From positions 3,968,001 through 4,032,000 of the forward strand of contig OZ243927.1 in the NCBI GenBank assembly GCA_965213925.1: 64,000 nucleotides of DNA. Direction: 5' to 3'. The position numbers and the translations under genes were made by a program. The notes beneath the pieces were generated by a model, which was not told the DNA's origin, searched no databases, and saw only the letters and a program-made list of their open reading frames with translations. The stretch comes from Trueperaceae bacterium (GTDB taxonomy: Bacteria; Deinococcota; Deinococci; Deinococcales; Trueperaceae). How positions within the stretch are numbered: the first letter of the stretch is position 1; every line of letters begins with the position of its first letter. Of the stretch, positions 1-10,153 are shown one piece after another.

Positions 1-2544
1 CCCGCGCGAACCTCTCATCTCTACGCCTCCGATTTGGGTTTACCACTCGAGCAAGCGCTCCCTTGGGTTTGTGCTTTAGTAGGGCTTCACGACCTCGGCA
101 AAGCGAGTCCTGCTTTTCAACTCACTTCGGATAAGCGCGTCAAGTGGCGAGCTGGCGCAGAGCGGCTGGAAGAGAGCGGGTTGTTGTGGCGCTCGAAGCG
201 GCTCGACCCCGTGCCGCACGGCGTGGTGAGCCAGAAGCTGCTAGGGCGCGTTCTCGAGTCCTACGGTTGGGCAAGAAAAGCCGCTAAACACGCTGCGGAC
301 GCAGTCGGGGCGCATCACGGATTTAGAGCGACGGGAGATGAGCTTAAACGCATCGGCACAGTTGAGCTGGGTGATGAAATTTGGGACGAAGCTCGAGCAG
401 AACTGGTCGAAGCGTTATTGAAGGCTGCCGGGGTTTCTAAAGGCGCTCCGACCTGCGAACGCTTGGGCGGCGCAGCCTTCATGCGCCTCGCCGGACTCAC
501 GAGCTTTGCCGACTGGATAGGCTCCAACCCCGACTTCTTCGGTTACGAGCGAGGGGTCGGCGACCCGGCGGCGTACTATCAAAGGTCGTTGGGAAAGGCG
601 CGGCGGGCGCTCGAGACGATTGGCTGGGAAGCGCGTGAGCCGCTGCGCCCCGCGCTCATCACCTTTTCGGATGTTTTTCCCTTCGCACCGCGACCGTTGC
701 AACGCGTCTTGGAGGGAAAAGTCGAGGGACTTAGCGAGCCGACCCTCCTCATCGTCGAAGCGCCGATGGGCGAGGGCAAGACCGAGGCGGCGTTCTTCGC
801 GCATCTGCGTTTGCAAGCGCAAAGTGGACACCGAGGGATGTACGTTGCGCTGCCGACCCAAGCGACGGGCAACGCGATGTTCGAACGCACAAAGCAGTTT
901 TTAGGCGAGCAGGGACATGCGTCACCGCCTGACTTACAGCTTTTGCACGGCTCCGCCATCCTCGAGGAAAGCTACGCCAACATGCGCGTGAAAAACGTCG
1001 GGGGGAGCGGTGAAGCAGTCGTCGCTAGGGAGTGGTTCACCGCCAAAAAGCGTGCGCTTCTCTCGGAATATGGCGTTGGCACGGTGGACCAAGCGCTGCT
1101 GTCGGTGCTCAACGTCAAGCACCAGTTCATCCGCCTGTGGGGGCTCGGCAACCGCGTGGTTGTCATTGACGAGGTGCACGCCTACGACACGTATACCTCA
1201 CACCTTATCGAAACCCTCATACGCTGGCTGCACGCGCTGGGCTCGTCTGTCATCTTGATGAGCGCGACGCTCCCTAAAGCGCGAAGGGAGGCGCTTTTGG
1301 AGGCTTACGGCGCGAAGGATATACCGGACATTCCGTACCCTCGCCTTCTTAAAGTGAGCGGCGCAGAGGTCTCCGCTGAAACATTTGAGACCCGCGCGTT
1401 GCCCACGCTTACACTCAAGAAGACCGCGCAAGAGGTTGCGACTTTAGCAGACCTGCTCTTTCAGGAGACTGCCGAGGGTGGCTGCGCGGCGTGCATCCTC
1501 AACACGGTGCAGCGGGCGCAAGAGGTGTACTGCGAGTTGCGACTTCGCTTTGACGGCGACCTCATCCTCTTCCACGCTCGCTTCCCGGCTGAGGAGCGGC
1601 AAAAGCTCGAGCAAGAGGTACTGAGACGCTTCGGCAAAGACAGCGCTCACCGTCCGAAAAAGGCTATTTTAGTCGCCACGCAAGTTGTCGAGCAGAGCCT
1701 AGACGTGGACTTCGACGTGATGGTCAGCGACCTCGCGCCCGTCGATCTCATCTTGCAGCGTTCGGGGCGGCTCCATAGGCACGAAGGCAAACACGCCACG
1801 CGCCCTAAAAGCCTGAAAACGCCGAAGCTGTACGTGGCAGGGTTGGAGCACAGCGGGGACTTACCCGACCTGAGCACGCACCACTTTGACTACGTTTACG
1901 ACCCTTACATCCTCTTAAAAACCTGGCTCGCGCTGCGCGAAAAACGAACCATCACGCTACCAGACGATTTTGAACCTCTTATCGAAGTCGTCTATTCGGA
2001 CATCGAACTCGCTAACTTATCTTCGACTATTTCGGAGGCGCTTGAGGCGGCTCGAGAGGTCTCCACAAGAGAGATTGCTGAACATAAAACCGCAGCAAAA
2101 AGCGTGATTATCGGGCAACCCGAAACGCTTACGAAGAATAATCCGCCAGGTCATCAGGTGAGCGAAGACGATGAGAACCCTGAACTGCACCCCACGCTGA
2201 GAGCGCAGACTCGTCTCGGCGAAAAGAGCCTGAGCGTTATTCCGCTCTTCCTCAAAGATGAACAATTTCACATAACGCCAGAGGGCAACTCGGTTACGCT
2301 TTTGGACAAAGCGCCAACCTGGGATGAAGCGAAGCGGCTTTACCTTCGCAACGTGAAGTTGAGCCGAAAGGGAGTCGTCCATGAACTTTCAGAGCAGCCC
2401 GTACCCGAGGGGTGGGAAAAGCACCCCCTCCTCAGAAATTGCCGTCCTTTGATCTTAGAGAACGGTCAAACGCAGATTGGAAACACGGTTGTTAGCCTCG
2501 AGCCTGACTTGGGCGTCGTCTATAGGAAAGTTGATGACCTATAA
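1..2544 (+). CDS. cas3: Cas3 HD nuclease-helicase, type I-E (5' end lies before the window)
   Basis: Frame is open from base 1; HD motif HDLGKA, SFADWIGS, Walker A APMGEGKT, DEVH, SAT, QRSGRLHRH. Confidence 0.97.
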   Translation, partial: PARTSHLYASDLGLPLEQALPWVCALVGLHDLGKASPAFQLTSDKRVKWRAGAERLEESGLLWRSKRLDPVPHGVVSQKLLGRVLESYGWARKAAKHAADAVGAHHGFRATGDELKRIGTVELGDEIWDEARAELVEALLKAAGVSKGAPTCERLGGAAFMRLAGLTSFADWIGSNPDFFGYERGVGDPAAYYQRSLGKARRALETIGWEAREPLRPALITFSDVFPFAPRPLQRVLEGKVEGLSEPTLLIVEAPMGEGKTEAAFFAHLRLQAQSGHRGMYVALPTQATGNAMFERTKQFLGEQGHASPPDLQLLHGSAILEESYANMRVKNVGGSGEAVVAREWFTAKKRALLSEYGVGTVDQALLSVLNVKHQFIRLWGLGNRVVVIDEVHAYDTYTSHLIETLIRWLHALGSSVILMSATLPKARREALLEAYGAKDIPDIPYPRLLKVSGAEVSAETFETRALPTLTLKKTAQEVATLADLLFQETAEGGCAACILNTVQRAQEVYCELRLRFDGDLILFHARFPAEERQKLEQEVLRRFGKDSAHRPKKAILVATQVVEQSLDVDFDVMVSDLAPVDLILQRSGRLHRHEGKHATRPKSLKTPKLYVAGLEHSGDLPDLSTHHFDYVYDPYILLKTWLALREKRTITLPDDFEPLIEVVYSDIELANLSSTISEALEAAREVSTREIAEHKTAAKSVIIGQPETLTKNNPPGHQVSEDDENPELHPTLRAQTRLGEKSLSVIPLFLKDEQFHITPEGNSVTLLDKAPTWDEAKRLYLRNVKLSRKGVVHELSEQPVPEGWEKHPLLRNCRPLILENGQTQIGNTVVSLEPDLGVVYRKVDDL

Positions 2545-4054
2545 CTTTAACCTCACCACCGAGCCTTGGATTCCTGTACGTAATTTGGAGGACAGACTCG
2601 AGCTTCTCAGCTTAGAAGACGCGCTTCTAAGGGCGCATACGCTCCACCGTATCGAAGACCCCTCACCTCTCGTCGTGGCATCTTTACATCGGCTACTTCT
2701 CACTGTGCTGCACCGAGCGTTGAGAGGTCCTGAAGACCTCGAGCAAGCGGCGGACTGGTTTGAGGCGGGACGGCTTCCGGCTGAACCCACCAAGAAGTAT
2801 CTCGAAAGGTGGCGTGAGCGCTTTGACCTCTTTAGCGACACGCACCCTTTCTATCAAGTACCGGATTCTGAGGAGAAGGTTCAGCCTATCTCGAAGCTGG
2901 CGGCAGAACTCTCGAGCGGCACGAATAAACTCCTTTTCGACCACTCACAAGACGCGCAGCCGCTCGCCGTTTCTCCTGCTGTAAGCGCCCGCCTCCTCCT
3001 CGCCCGGCAGATGCTCGCCGTACCCGAAGGCGCAGGCTACAGCCCGAGTCCGTTGGGTGGCACAGCGGTCACGATTCCGCAAGGAGCCACCCTCTTCGAG
3101 ACACTATGCCTCAACCTCGTCACGTATGACGCAGACGAGACGGGCGACGCGCCAATTTGGGAAGAGGACGCGCCGACCTCAAAAAGTATCAAAGAGAACA
3201 AGGAGCGAACGGCGCTTGGGCTCACGAACCGCTACACCTGGCTCAGCCGCTCAGTGAGGCTCGAGCCAGAAAGAGATGAACGCGGCGAAACCGTCGTGCG
3301 CTGGCTGCGCTATACGACAGGCTTGAAGTTTCTACCCGGCGAAGTCTTCGTCGCTGACCCGATGCTCGCGTACCGCAGGGACGAGAAGCGGGGCAACTTG
3401 CCGCAGGGCTTTCGCAAGGGGCGCGGATTCTGGCGAGACTTTCTTGCCCTCGTGCCCAACTCAAACGAAAAGGGACTGCTCACGCCACCCGCGATTGACC
3501 ACGCGCTAGGCGTCTACGAAGCGTTGGACGTTCACAAGCCGCTACAGATAATGGTCTTGGGTCTCTCCAACGACAAAGCCAAAGTCGAGCTGTGGCGGAG
3601 CGAGGTCTTCTATCTTCCTGACGTGCTCACGCAGGACAATCGCGCCTACGAATTGGTGGAAGACGCCTTGCAAAGCGCCGAAGAAACAGGGCGAGAGCTT
3701 CGCAAGGCGGGCTTTGTGCTCGCGGCGAATCTGCTCACGACGGGCGAGCGTCAACCCGACCCCAATGATTCAGCTAGGCTGCGCGACAGCTTCCCGCTGG
3801 ACGCGGTGTACTGGTCGAGGCTCGAGACGCGCTTTCCAGCCTTTTTAGAGAGGTTCAAACCAGGTTATGACGCTGAGGCTCTTTTTGATGATTGGCTCGA
3901 GGAACTCGTCAGCGCGGCGCGTGATGCGTGGAAGAAAACGGCGCAGAGCGTTGGCAAGGACGCGAGAGCGTTGAGGGCACAACAGGAAGGGGACAGGGTG
4001 TTGAGCAGACATATCAATCAACTTCGCCGCGAATCTGGTGAGGTGGCGTCGTGA
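2534..4054 (+). CDS. cas8e: Cascade large subunit Cas8e (CasA/Cse1)
   Basis: N-terminal FNLTTEPWIPV and RFDLF..HPFYQ motifs; follows cas3; ATG 2534 chosen. Confidence 0.93.
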   Translation: MTYNFNLTTEPWIPVRNLEDRLELLSLEDALLRAHTLHRIEDPSPLVVASLHRLLLTVLHRALRGPEDLEQAADWFEAGRLPAEPTKKYLERWRERFDLFSDTHPFYQVPDSEEKVQPISKLAAELSSGTNKLLFDHSQDAQPLAVSPAVSARLLLARQMLAVPEGAGYSPSPLGGTAVTIPQGATLFETLCLNLVTYDADETGDAPIWEEDAPTSKSIKENKERTALGLTNRYTWLSRSVRLEPERDERGETVVRWLRYTTGLKFLPGEVFVADPMLAYRRDEKRGNLPQGFRKGRGFWRDFLALVPNSNEKGLLTPPAIDHALGVYEALDVHKPLQIMVLGLSNDKAKVELWRSEVFYLPDVLTQDNRAYELVEDALQSAEETGRELRKAGFVLAANLLTTGERQPDPNDSARLRDSFPLDAVYWSRLETRFPAFLERFKPGYDAEALFDDWLEELVSAARDAWKKTAQSVGKDARALRAQQEGDRVLSRHINQLRRESGEVAS

Positions 4055-4554
4055 CACTGAACCTTGCAGAAGATTTCGTGGCACATCTCAAGAAGCTCGC
4101 AGGCGAGAACGGAGGAAACCCGAACCGCGCCGCGCTCGCCGAGTTACGCCGAAGCTTGACACAAGCGCCAGGAACCTATGTGCGGGCGTATCGGTACGTG
4201 CCGCCTTACGTGCATAACCTCTTTCAAGAGCAGCGAGACGCCTACTTTCTTGTAGCGGGTCTCTTCGCAAGTCACGTAGATACGGCGTCAGATGAGTCTC
4301 TGGGCGCATCCATCAAAAAACTTTACAGAGAGAAAGATTCGTCAGAGAGCGTCGAAAAGCGCTTTATCACCCTCTTGGACGCGGATGAAACGCAGCTTCC
4401 CTACAGGCTCAGACAGATGGTGTCGCTACTCAAGAGCGAGGACATACCCGTTGACTACCTCAGCCTGCTTCAACATCTCACCCATTGGAGCCATCCAGAC
4501 CGCTGGGTGCAGCAGCGCTGGGCACGCGACTTTTACCGTTCAGCACACGGCTAA
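4051..4554 (+). CDS. cse2: Cascade small subunit Cas11 (CasB/Cse2)
   Basis: RAALAELRRSL, SVEKRF, VQQRWARDFY motifs. Confidence 0.93.
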   Translation: MTLNLAEDFVAHLKKLAGENGGNPNRAALAELRRSLTQAPGTYVRAYRYVPPYVHNLFQEQRDAYFLVAGLFASHVDTASDESLGASIKKLYREKDSSESVEKRFITLLDADETQLPYRLRQMVSLLKSEDIPVDYLSLLQHLTHWSHPDRWVQQRWARDFYRSAHG

Positions 4555-4574
4555 ATTAGGGCTAAGGAGACCCC

Positions 4575-5756
4575 ATGAACGCACTTTTGGAACTTCACAT
4601 CTTACAGAACTTCGCCCCCTCGCTCCTCAACCGCGACGACACCGGCTCCCCGAAAGATTGCGAATTCGGCGGCACCCGCCGTGGGCGCATCTCGAGCCAG
4701 TGCTTAAAACGCGCCGCCCGTGAGTACATTCGCGACAACGATTTGCTCGAGGAAAATGACATGGCGCTGCGAACGAAGCGGCTCACGCAGGCGTTGCAGG
4801 AAAAGCTTAAAGGGCGTGGACACGACAACGAAGAGAAGACCGAACAGGTCATCGAGGCGGCACTCGGCGGTTTGGGGCTCGCGCTGGACAAAAAGGGTGA
4901 GGAGGCGGAGGCGAAAACGCAGTACCTCCTCTTTATCGGCGTGCAAGAGGTGGAAAAACTCGCCGAGCTGATTCACGAACACTGGGACGACTTAGCGAAG
5001 GTCAGCGCGGCGGAGGATTCGGGGAAGAGCAAAAAGAAAACGGCGAAGGCGGCGGTGGATAAGGAAATCAGCAAAGCGATGATGGACAGTCTCGACGGAG
5101 GCAAGGCGGTAGACTTAGCACTTTTCGGGCGGATGCTCGCTGACCTCCCTCAGCGCAACCGCGACGCGGCGTGTCAGGTGGCGCACGCCCTCTCCACGAA
5201 CGCCGTCGCTAGAGAGTTCGACTTCTACACTGCTGTGGACGACCTCAAGCCGGACGACAACGCCGGAGCCGACATGCTGGGCACGGTTGAATTCAACTCC
5301 GCGTGCTACTACCGCTACGCCGCGCTAGACTTAGAGAAGCTGCTGGAGAACCTGCAAGGGGACAAGTCGTTGGCGCTTAAAGGGTTGGAGGCGTTCGTCC
5401 GGGCGAGCGTATTGGCGCTGCCGAGCGGCAAGCAAAACTCCTTCGCCGCGCACAACCCGCCGAGCTTCGTCGCCTTGACCGTGCGGCAGGGCGCTGCGCC
5501 GCGCAACCTTGCTAATGCGTTTGAAGTGCCCGTGCGTCCGAATAGCAGAGACAACGAGGGATTGAGCGAAGGCGCTTTACAGAAGCTCGAGGCGATGTGG
5601 CGGCGGCTCGACACGGTCTACAGCAACGGGAGCGTCAGCACCGCCTGTTTGAACCTCACGGATGCGAAATTGACCTATCTCGGCGAACATGTCAAAGAAT
5701 CCCTCGAGAGAGCGCTTAGCGACACCTTAAATGCGGCTGACCAGGTGATGGGCTAA
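4575..5756 (+). CDS. cas7: Cascade backbone Cas7 (CasC)
   Basis: [44 protein letters not shown]. Confidence 0.97.
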   Translation: MNALLELHILQNFAPSLLNRDDTGSPKDCEFGGTRRGRISSQCLKRAAREYIRDNDLLEENDMALRTKRLTQALQEKLKGRGHDNEEKTEQVIEAALGGLGLALDKKGEEAEAKTQYLLFIGVQEVEKLAELIHEHWDDLAKVSAAEDSGKSKKKTAKAAVDKEISKAMMDSLDGGKAVDLALFGRMLADLPQRNRDAACQVAHALSTNAVAREFDFYTAVDDLKPDDNAGADMLGTVEFNSACYYRYAALDLEKLLENLQGDKSLALKGLEAFVRASVLALPSGKQNSFAAHNPPSFVALTVRQGAAPRNLANAFEVPVRPNSRDNEGLSEGALQKLEAMWRRLDTVYSNGSVSTACLNLTDAKLTYLGEHVKESLERALSDTLNAADQVMG

Positions 5757-5758
5757 GC

Positions 5759-6403
5759 GTGACGACCCTTCTAATGCGCTTAGCCGGACCCATGCAATCG
5801 TGGGGCACGCGCAGCCGCTTCGACGAGCGCGACACCGGGCTCGAGCCCTCTAAAAGCGGCGTGCTCGGGCTTGTGTGCGCCGCGCTCGGGCGTGATCGAC
5901 ACGAAAGCGTGGCGGACCTCGCCGCGCTCAAGATGGGCGTGAGGGTAGACCATGAGGGCATCCTTAAATACGACTACCAAACCGCGCAAAACATCATCGG
6001 TGCGGATGGGAAAAAGATGCACGCTACGGCTGTGACTCAACGCTTCTACCTCTCTGACGCGGTCTTCCTCGTCGGGCTCGAGGGTGACGAAGAACTTTTA
6101 GAACGCATTCACCACGCACTTTACAATCCGCACTGGTTCCTCTCACTCGGGCGCAAATCATATCTGCCGAGCCGGAGCGTGTGGTTAGAAGATGGGCTGC
6201 GTGACGCGCCGCTTTGGGAAGCACTTTCCACCTATCCATCTTTGCTCGCTGAAGGCGACACGACCTGTCGCTACGTCCTCGAGAGTTCCGAAGGTGCACT
6301 GCGCACTGACGAACCCCTCGCGCCCTTCGCCGAGCGGCGTTTTGGCATTCGCTATGTTCAAACGAGGCAGGGAAAGGTGGGGAAACCCGATGTATCTCTC
6401 TAA
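5759..6403 (+). CDS. cas5: Cas5e (CasD)
   Basis: LRLAGPMQSWG..RDT..PSKSGVLGLVCAALG; LGRKS. Confidence 0.96.
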   Translation: MTTLLMRLAGPMQSWGTRSRFDERDTGLEPSKSGVLGLVCAALGRDRHESVADLAALKMGVRVDHEGILKYDYQTAQNIIGADGKKMHATAVTQRFYLSDAVFLVGLEGDEELLERIHHALYNPHWFLSLGRKSYLPSRSVWLEDGLRDAPLWEALSTYPSLLAEGDTTCRYVLESSEGALRTDEPLAPFAERRFGIRYVQTRQGKVGKPDVSL

Positions 6404-6971
6404 GCTCGCACCGAATCTTCGTAACCTTCAGGCGCGGCGTGACCTAGCTAATCCTTATGAGATGCACCGCACGTTGGCTCGAGCAGCCCATTCAGAAAGT
6501 GAGCGGTTGCTCTGGCGGCTCGAGGAGGACGAGCAGCCGACGCTGCTCGTCCAGACACTTTCAGAACCTGACTGGACGTTTCTTGACCCCGCGTATCTTC
6601 GTTGTCCTCCAAAAGCTAAAGCTGTGCACCTCAACTTCGCTAAAGGGCAGACGCTCCGCTTTCGCCTTAGGGCAAATCCAACCGTCAAACGTCAGGGAAA
6701 GCGCCAAGCGCTCTACGCTATTCAAGATCAGCATGAGTGGCTAAAACGCAAGGCTGAGCAGGCGAGCTTTAACATTTTGGGCGCAATGGCGCACCGTCAA
6801 GAGCAGTTGCGAGCGAAGCGCCAGGGCAAAACGGTCACGCTCTTCGCAGTTACGTTCGATGGGCATCTACAAGTCGCTGAGCCGAATTCCTTTCAAACTG
6901 CGCTTGAAAACGGGATAGGTTCAGCCAAAGGCTTCGGTATGGGTCTCCTCTCCCTCGCCCCGGACGCCTGA
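6390..6971 (+). CDS. cas6e: Cas6e crRNA endoribonuclease (CasE)
   Basis: MYLSKL, YEMHR, FRLRANP, Gly-rich GIGSAKGFGMGLL; ATG 6390. Confidence 0.96.
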   Translation: MYLSKLAPNLRNLQARRDLANPYEMHRTLARAAHSESERLLWRLEEDEQPTLLVQTLSEPDWTFLDPAYLRCPPKAKAVHLNFAKGQTLRFRLRANPTVKRQGKRQALYAIQDQHEWLKRKAEQASFNILGAMAHRQEQLRAKRQGKTVTLFAVTFDGHLQVAEPNSFQTALENGIGSAKGFGMGLLSLAPDA

Positions 6972-7954
6972 TGCCCTCCTTACGCAACCTCCGCGAACTC
7001 CCCAAGTTCCGCGACGGTCTCTCGTACCTCTACATCGAGCGCGGACGCATCGAGCAAGACGCTAAAGCTATCGCTTGGTACGGCGAAGAGGGCAAGGTGA
7101 GCGTACCCGCTGCCGCGCTGGGCGTCCTTATGCTCGGCCCCGGCACGAGCATTACGCACGAAGCCGTGAAAGCCCTAGCCGATAACGGCTGCCTCATCAA
7201 CTGGGTCGGCGAGGACAGCGTGCGCTTTTACGCGGGCGGCACGGGCGAGACGCGCAGCAGCGCCAACCTCATGCGCCAAGCGGAATACTGGGCAGACCCC
7301 GCCAAGCACCTTCGAGTCGTGCGGCGCATGTACGGGATGCGCTTTGAGGATGGGCTCGAGCCCGGACTAACCTTAGAGCAGATTCGCGGCAAGGAGGGCG
7401 TGCGGGTGCGCACCGTCTATGCCCGCATGAGTAAGGAAACGGGCGTTCCCTGGCACGGGCGCAGCTATAAGCGCGGCACGTGGGGCAGCGCCGACCCCAT
7501 CAACCGCGCCCTCTCCGCTGGAGCCGCTTGCGTTTACGGCGTTTGCCACGCCGCTATCGTTTCAGCAGGCTACAGCCCCGCACTTGGCTTTATCCACACA
7601 GGCAAGCAACTCTCCTTTGTCTACGACATCGCCGACCTCTACAAGATGGAGGTGCTCGTGCCCGCTGCGTTTAGACTCGTCGCTGAGTCAGACGAACATG
7701 TAGAGAGCCGCATCCGGCATTACCTCCGGGACGCCATGCGCGAGGCGCGAATGTTGGAGCGCGTCGTGAGCGACCTGCACAATCTCTTCAGCAGCGACGA
7801 AGGGAGCGGTGAACGCTTTGCCGAAGACGGCGCAGCACCGGGCGAACTGTGGGACCCGAGCGGCAACGTGGAAGGAGGGGTGAGCTATGGTGGTGATGAC
7901 GCTCGAGAAAGTACCGACGAGCCTACGCGGAGAACTGAGCCGCTGGATGGTTGA
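6971..7954 (+). CDS. cas1: Cas1 spacer integrase, type I-E
   Basis: LGPGTSITHEA, RGKEGVRVR, GFIHTG..SFVYDIADLYK. Confidence 0.97.
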   Translation: MPSLRNLRELPKFRDGLSYLYIERGRIEQDAKAIAWYGEEGKVSVPAAALGVLMLGPGTSITHEAVKALADNGCLINWVGEDSVRFYAGGTGETRSSANLMRQAEYWADPAKHLRVVRRMYGMRFEDGLEPGLTLEQIRGKEGVRVRTVYARMSKETGVPWHGRSYKRGTWGSADPINRALSAGAACVYGVCHAAIVSAGYSPALGFIHTGKQLSFVYDIADLYKMEVLVPAAFRLVAESDEHVESRIRHYLRDAMREARMLERVVSDLHNLFSSDEGSGERFAEDGAAPGELWDPSGNVEGGVSYGGDDARESTDEPTRRTEPLDG

Positions 7955-8240
7955 AGTCTCTACAGGCGTCTACGTCGGCAAACTGAGCGCTCTAGTGCGC
8001 GACCTCTTGTGGGAAAAGGTGATGGCGAGCAAACGCACCGGGCGCTGCTGTCAGGTCTACCGCACCAATACGGAGCAGGGTTTTGTCATTCGCATGGACG
8101 GCGACTCAGAACGGAGCGTGGTTGACCTAGACGGGTTACACTTAGTTGCAGTGAAGAACGCGGCGTGGGAAAAGATGTTCGTTGAGCCCGCTGAGGACTA
8201 TGAAAGCATGGATGGAGACATAGAGGGGTCAAAACGCTAG
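7887..8240 (+). CDS. cas2: Cas2, type I-E
   Basis: LRGELSRWMVEVSTGVYVG..RDLLW..TEQGF..VDLDGL; overlaps cas1 3' end. Confidence 0.95.
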   Translation: MVVMTLEKVPTSLRGELSRWMVEVSTGVYVGKLSALVRDLLWEKVMASKRTGRCCQVYRTNTEQGFVIRMDGDSERSVVDLDGLHLVAVKNAAWEKMFVEPAEDYESMDGDIEGSKR

Positions 8241-8260
8241 TTTTGCCGTCTGGGTCAAGT

Positions 8261-9119
8261 CTATTCCCCACAGGCGTGGGGATGAACCGTCCTGCGGCTT
8301 GCTATTCCCCACAGGCGTGGGGATGAACCGCTCGAGTTCCGCGCTGCCTAGAACCCTTGCCCTATTCCCCACAGGCGTGGGGATGAACCGACTGTCAAGT
8401 TCACCGTGCCTTTCGACCTGTCCTATTCCCCACAGGCGTGGGGATGAACCGCCGCAGCCCGACATCATCGGGCGCAACCACTTCTATTCCCCACAGGCGT
8501 GGGGATGAACCGAGGCGATCCTTCTCTATCTGCATGTCAAAGACTATTCCCCACAGGCGTGGGGATGAACCGAGTCGAAAGATGAGTTGGCGCTCGAGCT
8601 TATCCTATTCCCCACAGGCGTGGGGATGAACCGGTCTTTTACTGCGCGGCTACCTAATCGGCGTTCTATTCCCCACAGGCGTGGGGATGAACCGCTCGAG
8701 CCTCTGACTCCCGTCCAGCAGCAAAGCTATTCCCCACAGGCGTGGGGATGAACCGCACGCGGGCGAAAAAGCCCTGCGTCCCTTTGGCTATTCCCCACAG
8801 GCGTGGGGATGAACCGACGCCGGGAATGATTTTTTCAAGTCCACTTACCTATTCCCCACAGGCGTGGGGATGAACCGCAAGCGTAAAACCAGGTGCGACG
8901 GTACTTCCCCTATTCCCCACAGGCGTGGGGATGAACCGGGCTCGTTGCGGTTTTGGATAGCCTCTACAACCTATTCCCCACAGGCGTGGGGATGAACCGT
9001 AGATGAGCGCAAGGACGGTAGGAACCAACCCTATTCCCCACAGGCGTGGGGATGAACCGGGCGGCGCAGCCCTCACCCTCTACTCCCTCCCTATTCCCTA
9101 CAGGCGTGGGGATGAACCG
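8261..9119 (+). CRISPR. Type I-E CRISPR array, 15 repeats and 14 spacers
   Basis: 29-nt repeat CTATTCCCCACAGGCGTGGGGATGAACCG at 8261, 8302, 8362, 8423, 8484, 8544, 8605, 8666, 8727, 8788, 8849, 8910, 8971, 9031, 9091 (last has one C>T). Spacers are 31-32 nt except spacer 1 (12 nt). Confidence 0.99.
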
Positions 9120-10153
9120 CAGAGATGCGAAGCACCTCGAGTCAAACAACAAACATTGCTAATATTTCGCTAACTGGTATTCGTCCAATACTCGCACCCC
9201 TCCCACCCCTCGAGGAACAAAAACGCATCGTCGTCAAAGTGGACGAGCTTATGGGGCTTATAGACACGCTCGAGGCGCAAGAACGCGCCAAAAGGGACGC
9301 CCGCATGAGGTTCGGCGGTGCGGCGCTAGGCTCTCTCCTAAGCGCAGAGGACGCGGACACGTCTGCGTGGAGCTGGCGGCGCGTGCGGGACAACTTCGAC
9401 CTCTTGTGCGCTGCGCCGGGGAGCGTCGCGGAGTTGCGCAAGGCGGTGTTGCAACTGGCGGTGCAGGGGAAGCTCGTGCCCCAAGACACAAGTGATACAA
9501 ATTGGAAAGAAGTGTCTTTACAAACTTTACTACGAGAAAATTCTCGTAACGGGCTTTCTTCGCGTCCTTCCGATAGCCCTCCAGGTGTCCCGATTTTAAG
9601 AATCAGCGCTGCCACCTCACGCCATGACGCAATAGTAGACGAAAGCGACTACAAATATCTTGAAGTGGATGAAGCTGACCTGAAAAAATACGCCTTAGAG
9701 TCGGACGATTTGTTAGCGTGTCGATTCAACGGCAACCTGCATTATGTAGGAAGGTTTGCCCTTTATTTGAACTACTCGGATGAAACTCGCCTCTATCCAG
9801 ATAAACTCATTAGATTTAGAGTTGACGACACCAAAGTGATACCAAAATATGTCTGTCTAGCTATGAATAGCTCTGAAGGTAGGAAGAAAATAGAATCATA
9901 TTGCGCTACTACTGCGGGCAATATAGGTATAAGCGCGACCAATCTAAAAACTGTCATGATTCCCCTCCCGCCCCTCAACGAACAAAAACGCATCGTCGCT
10001 AAGGTGGATGAGCTTATGGGGCTGATTGACGCGCTGGAGGAGGGGCTAAAGCGGGCGCAGGGGGACGCGGAGCGGCTTTTGGAGGCTGCTGTCCGTAGCC
10101 TCCTCACGCGGAACCGCGCAGCGTCCGCTCGCCGTAGTCACGCCGATGCTTAG
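9120..10153 (+). pseudogene. hsdS: Type I restriction-modification specificity subunit HsdS, 5'-truncated (end of TRD1, central conserved region, TRD2, C-terminal helix)
   Basis: Two PLPPL(E/N)EQKRIV.KVDELM repeats and LQLAVQGKLVPQD; most of TRD1 is missing; no hsdM/hsdR in the window. Confidence 0.85.

Noticed and set aside
8290..9090. Self-targeting of spacers within the window
   Set aside because: Only short partial matches of about 8-11 nt were seen by eye (e.g. spacer 13 near 27370); not significant. A proper search is still needed.
8229..9152. ORFs across the CRISPR array (RFIPTPVGN, SSPRLWG repeats)
   Set aside because: They are translations of the repeats, not genes.
9197..10023. 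~60-nt direct repeat in hsdS as a shufflon site
   Set aside because: These are the normal duplicated conserved regions of HsdS; no invertase or inverted TRD cassettes are nearby.
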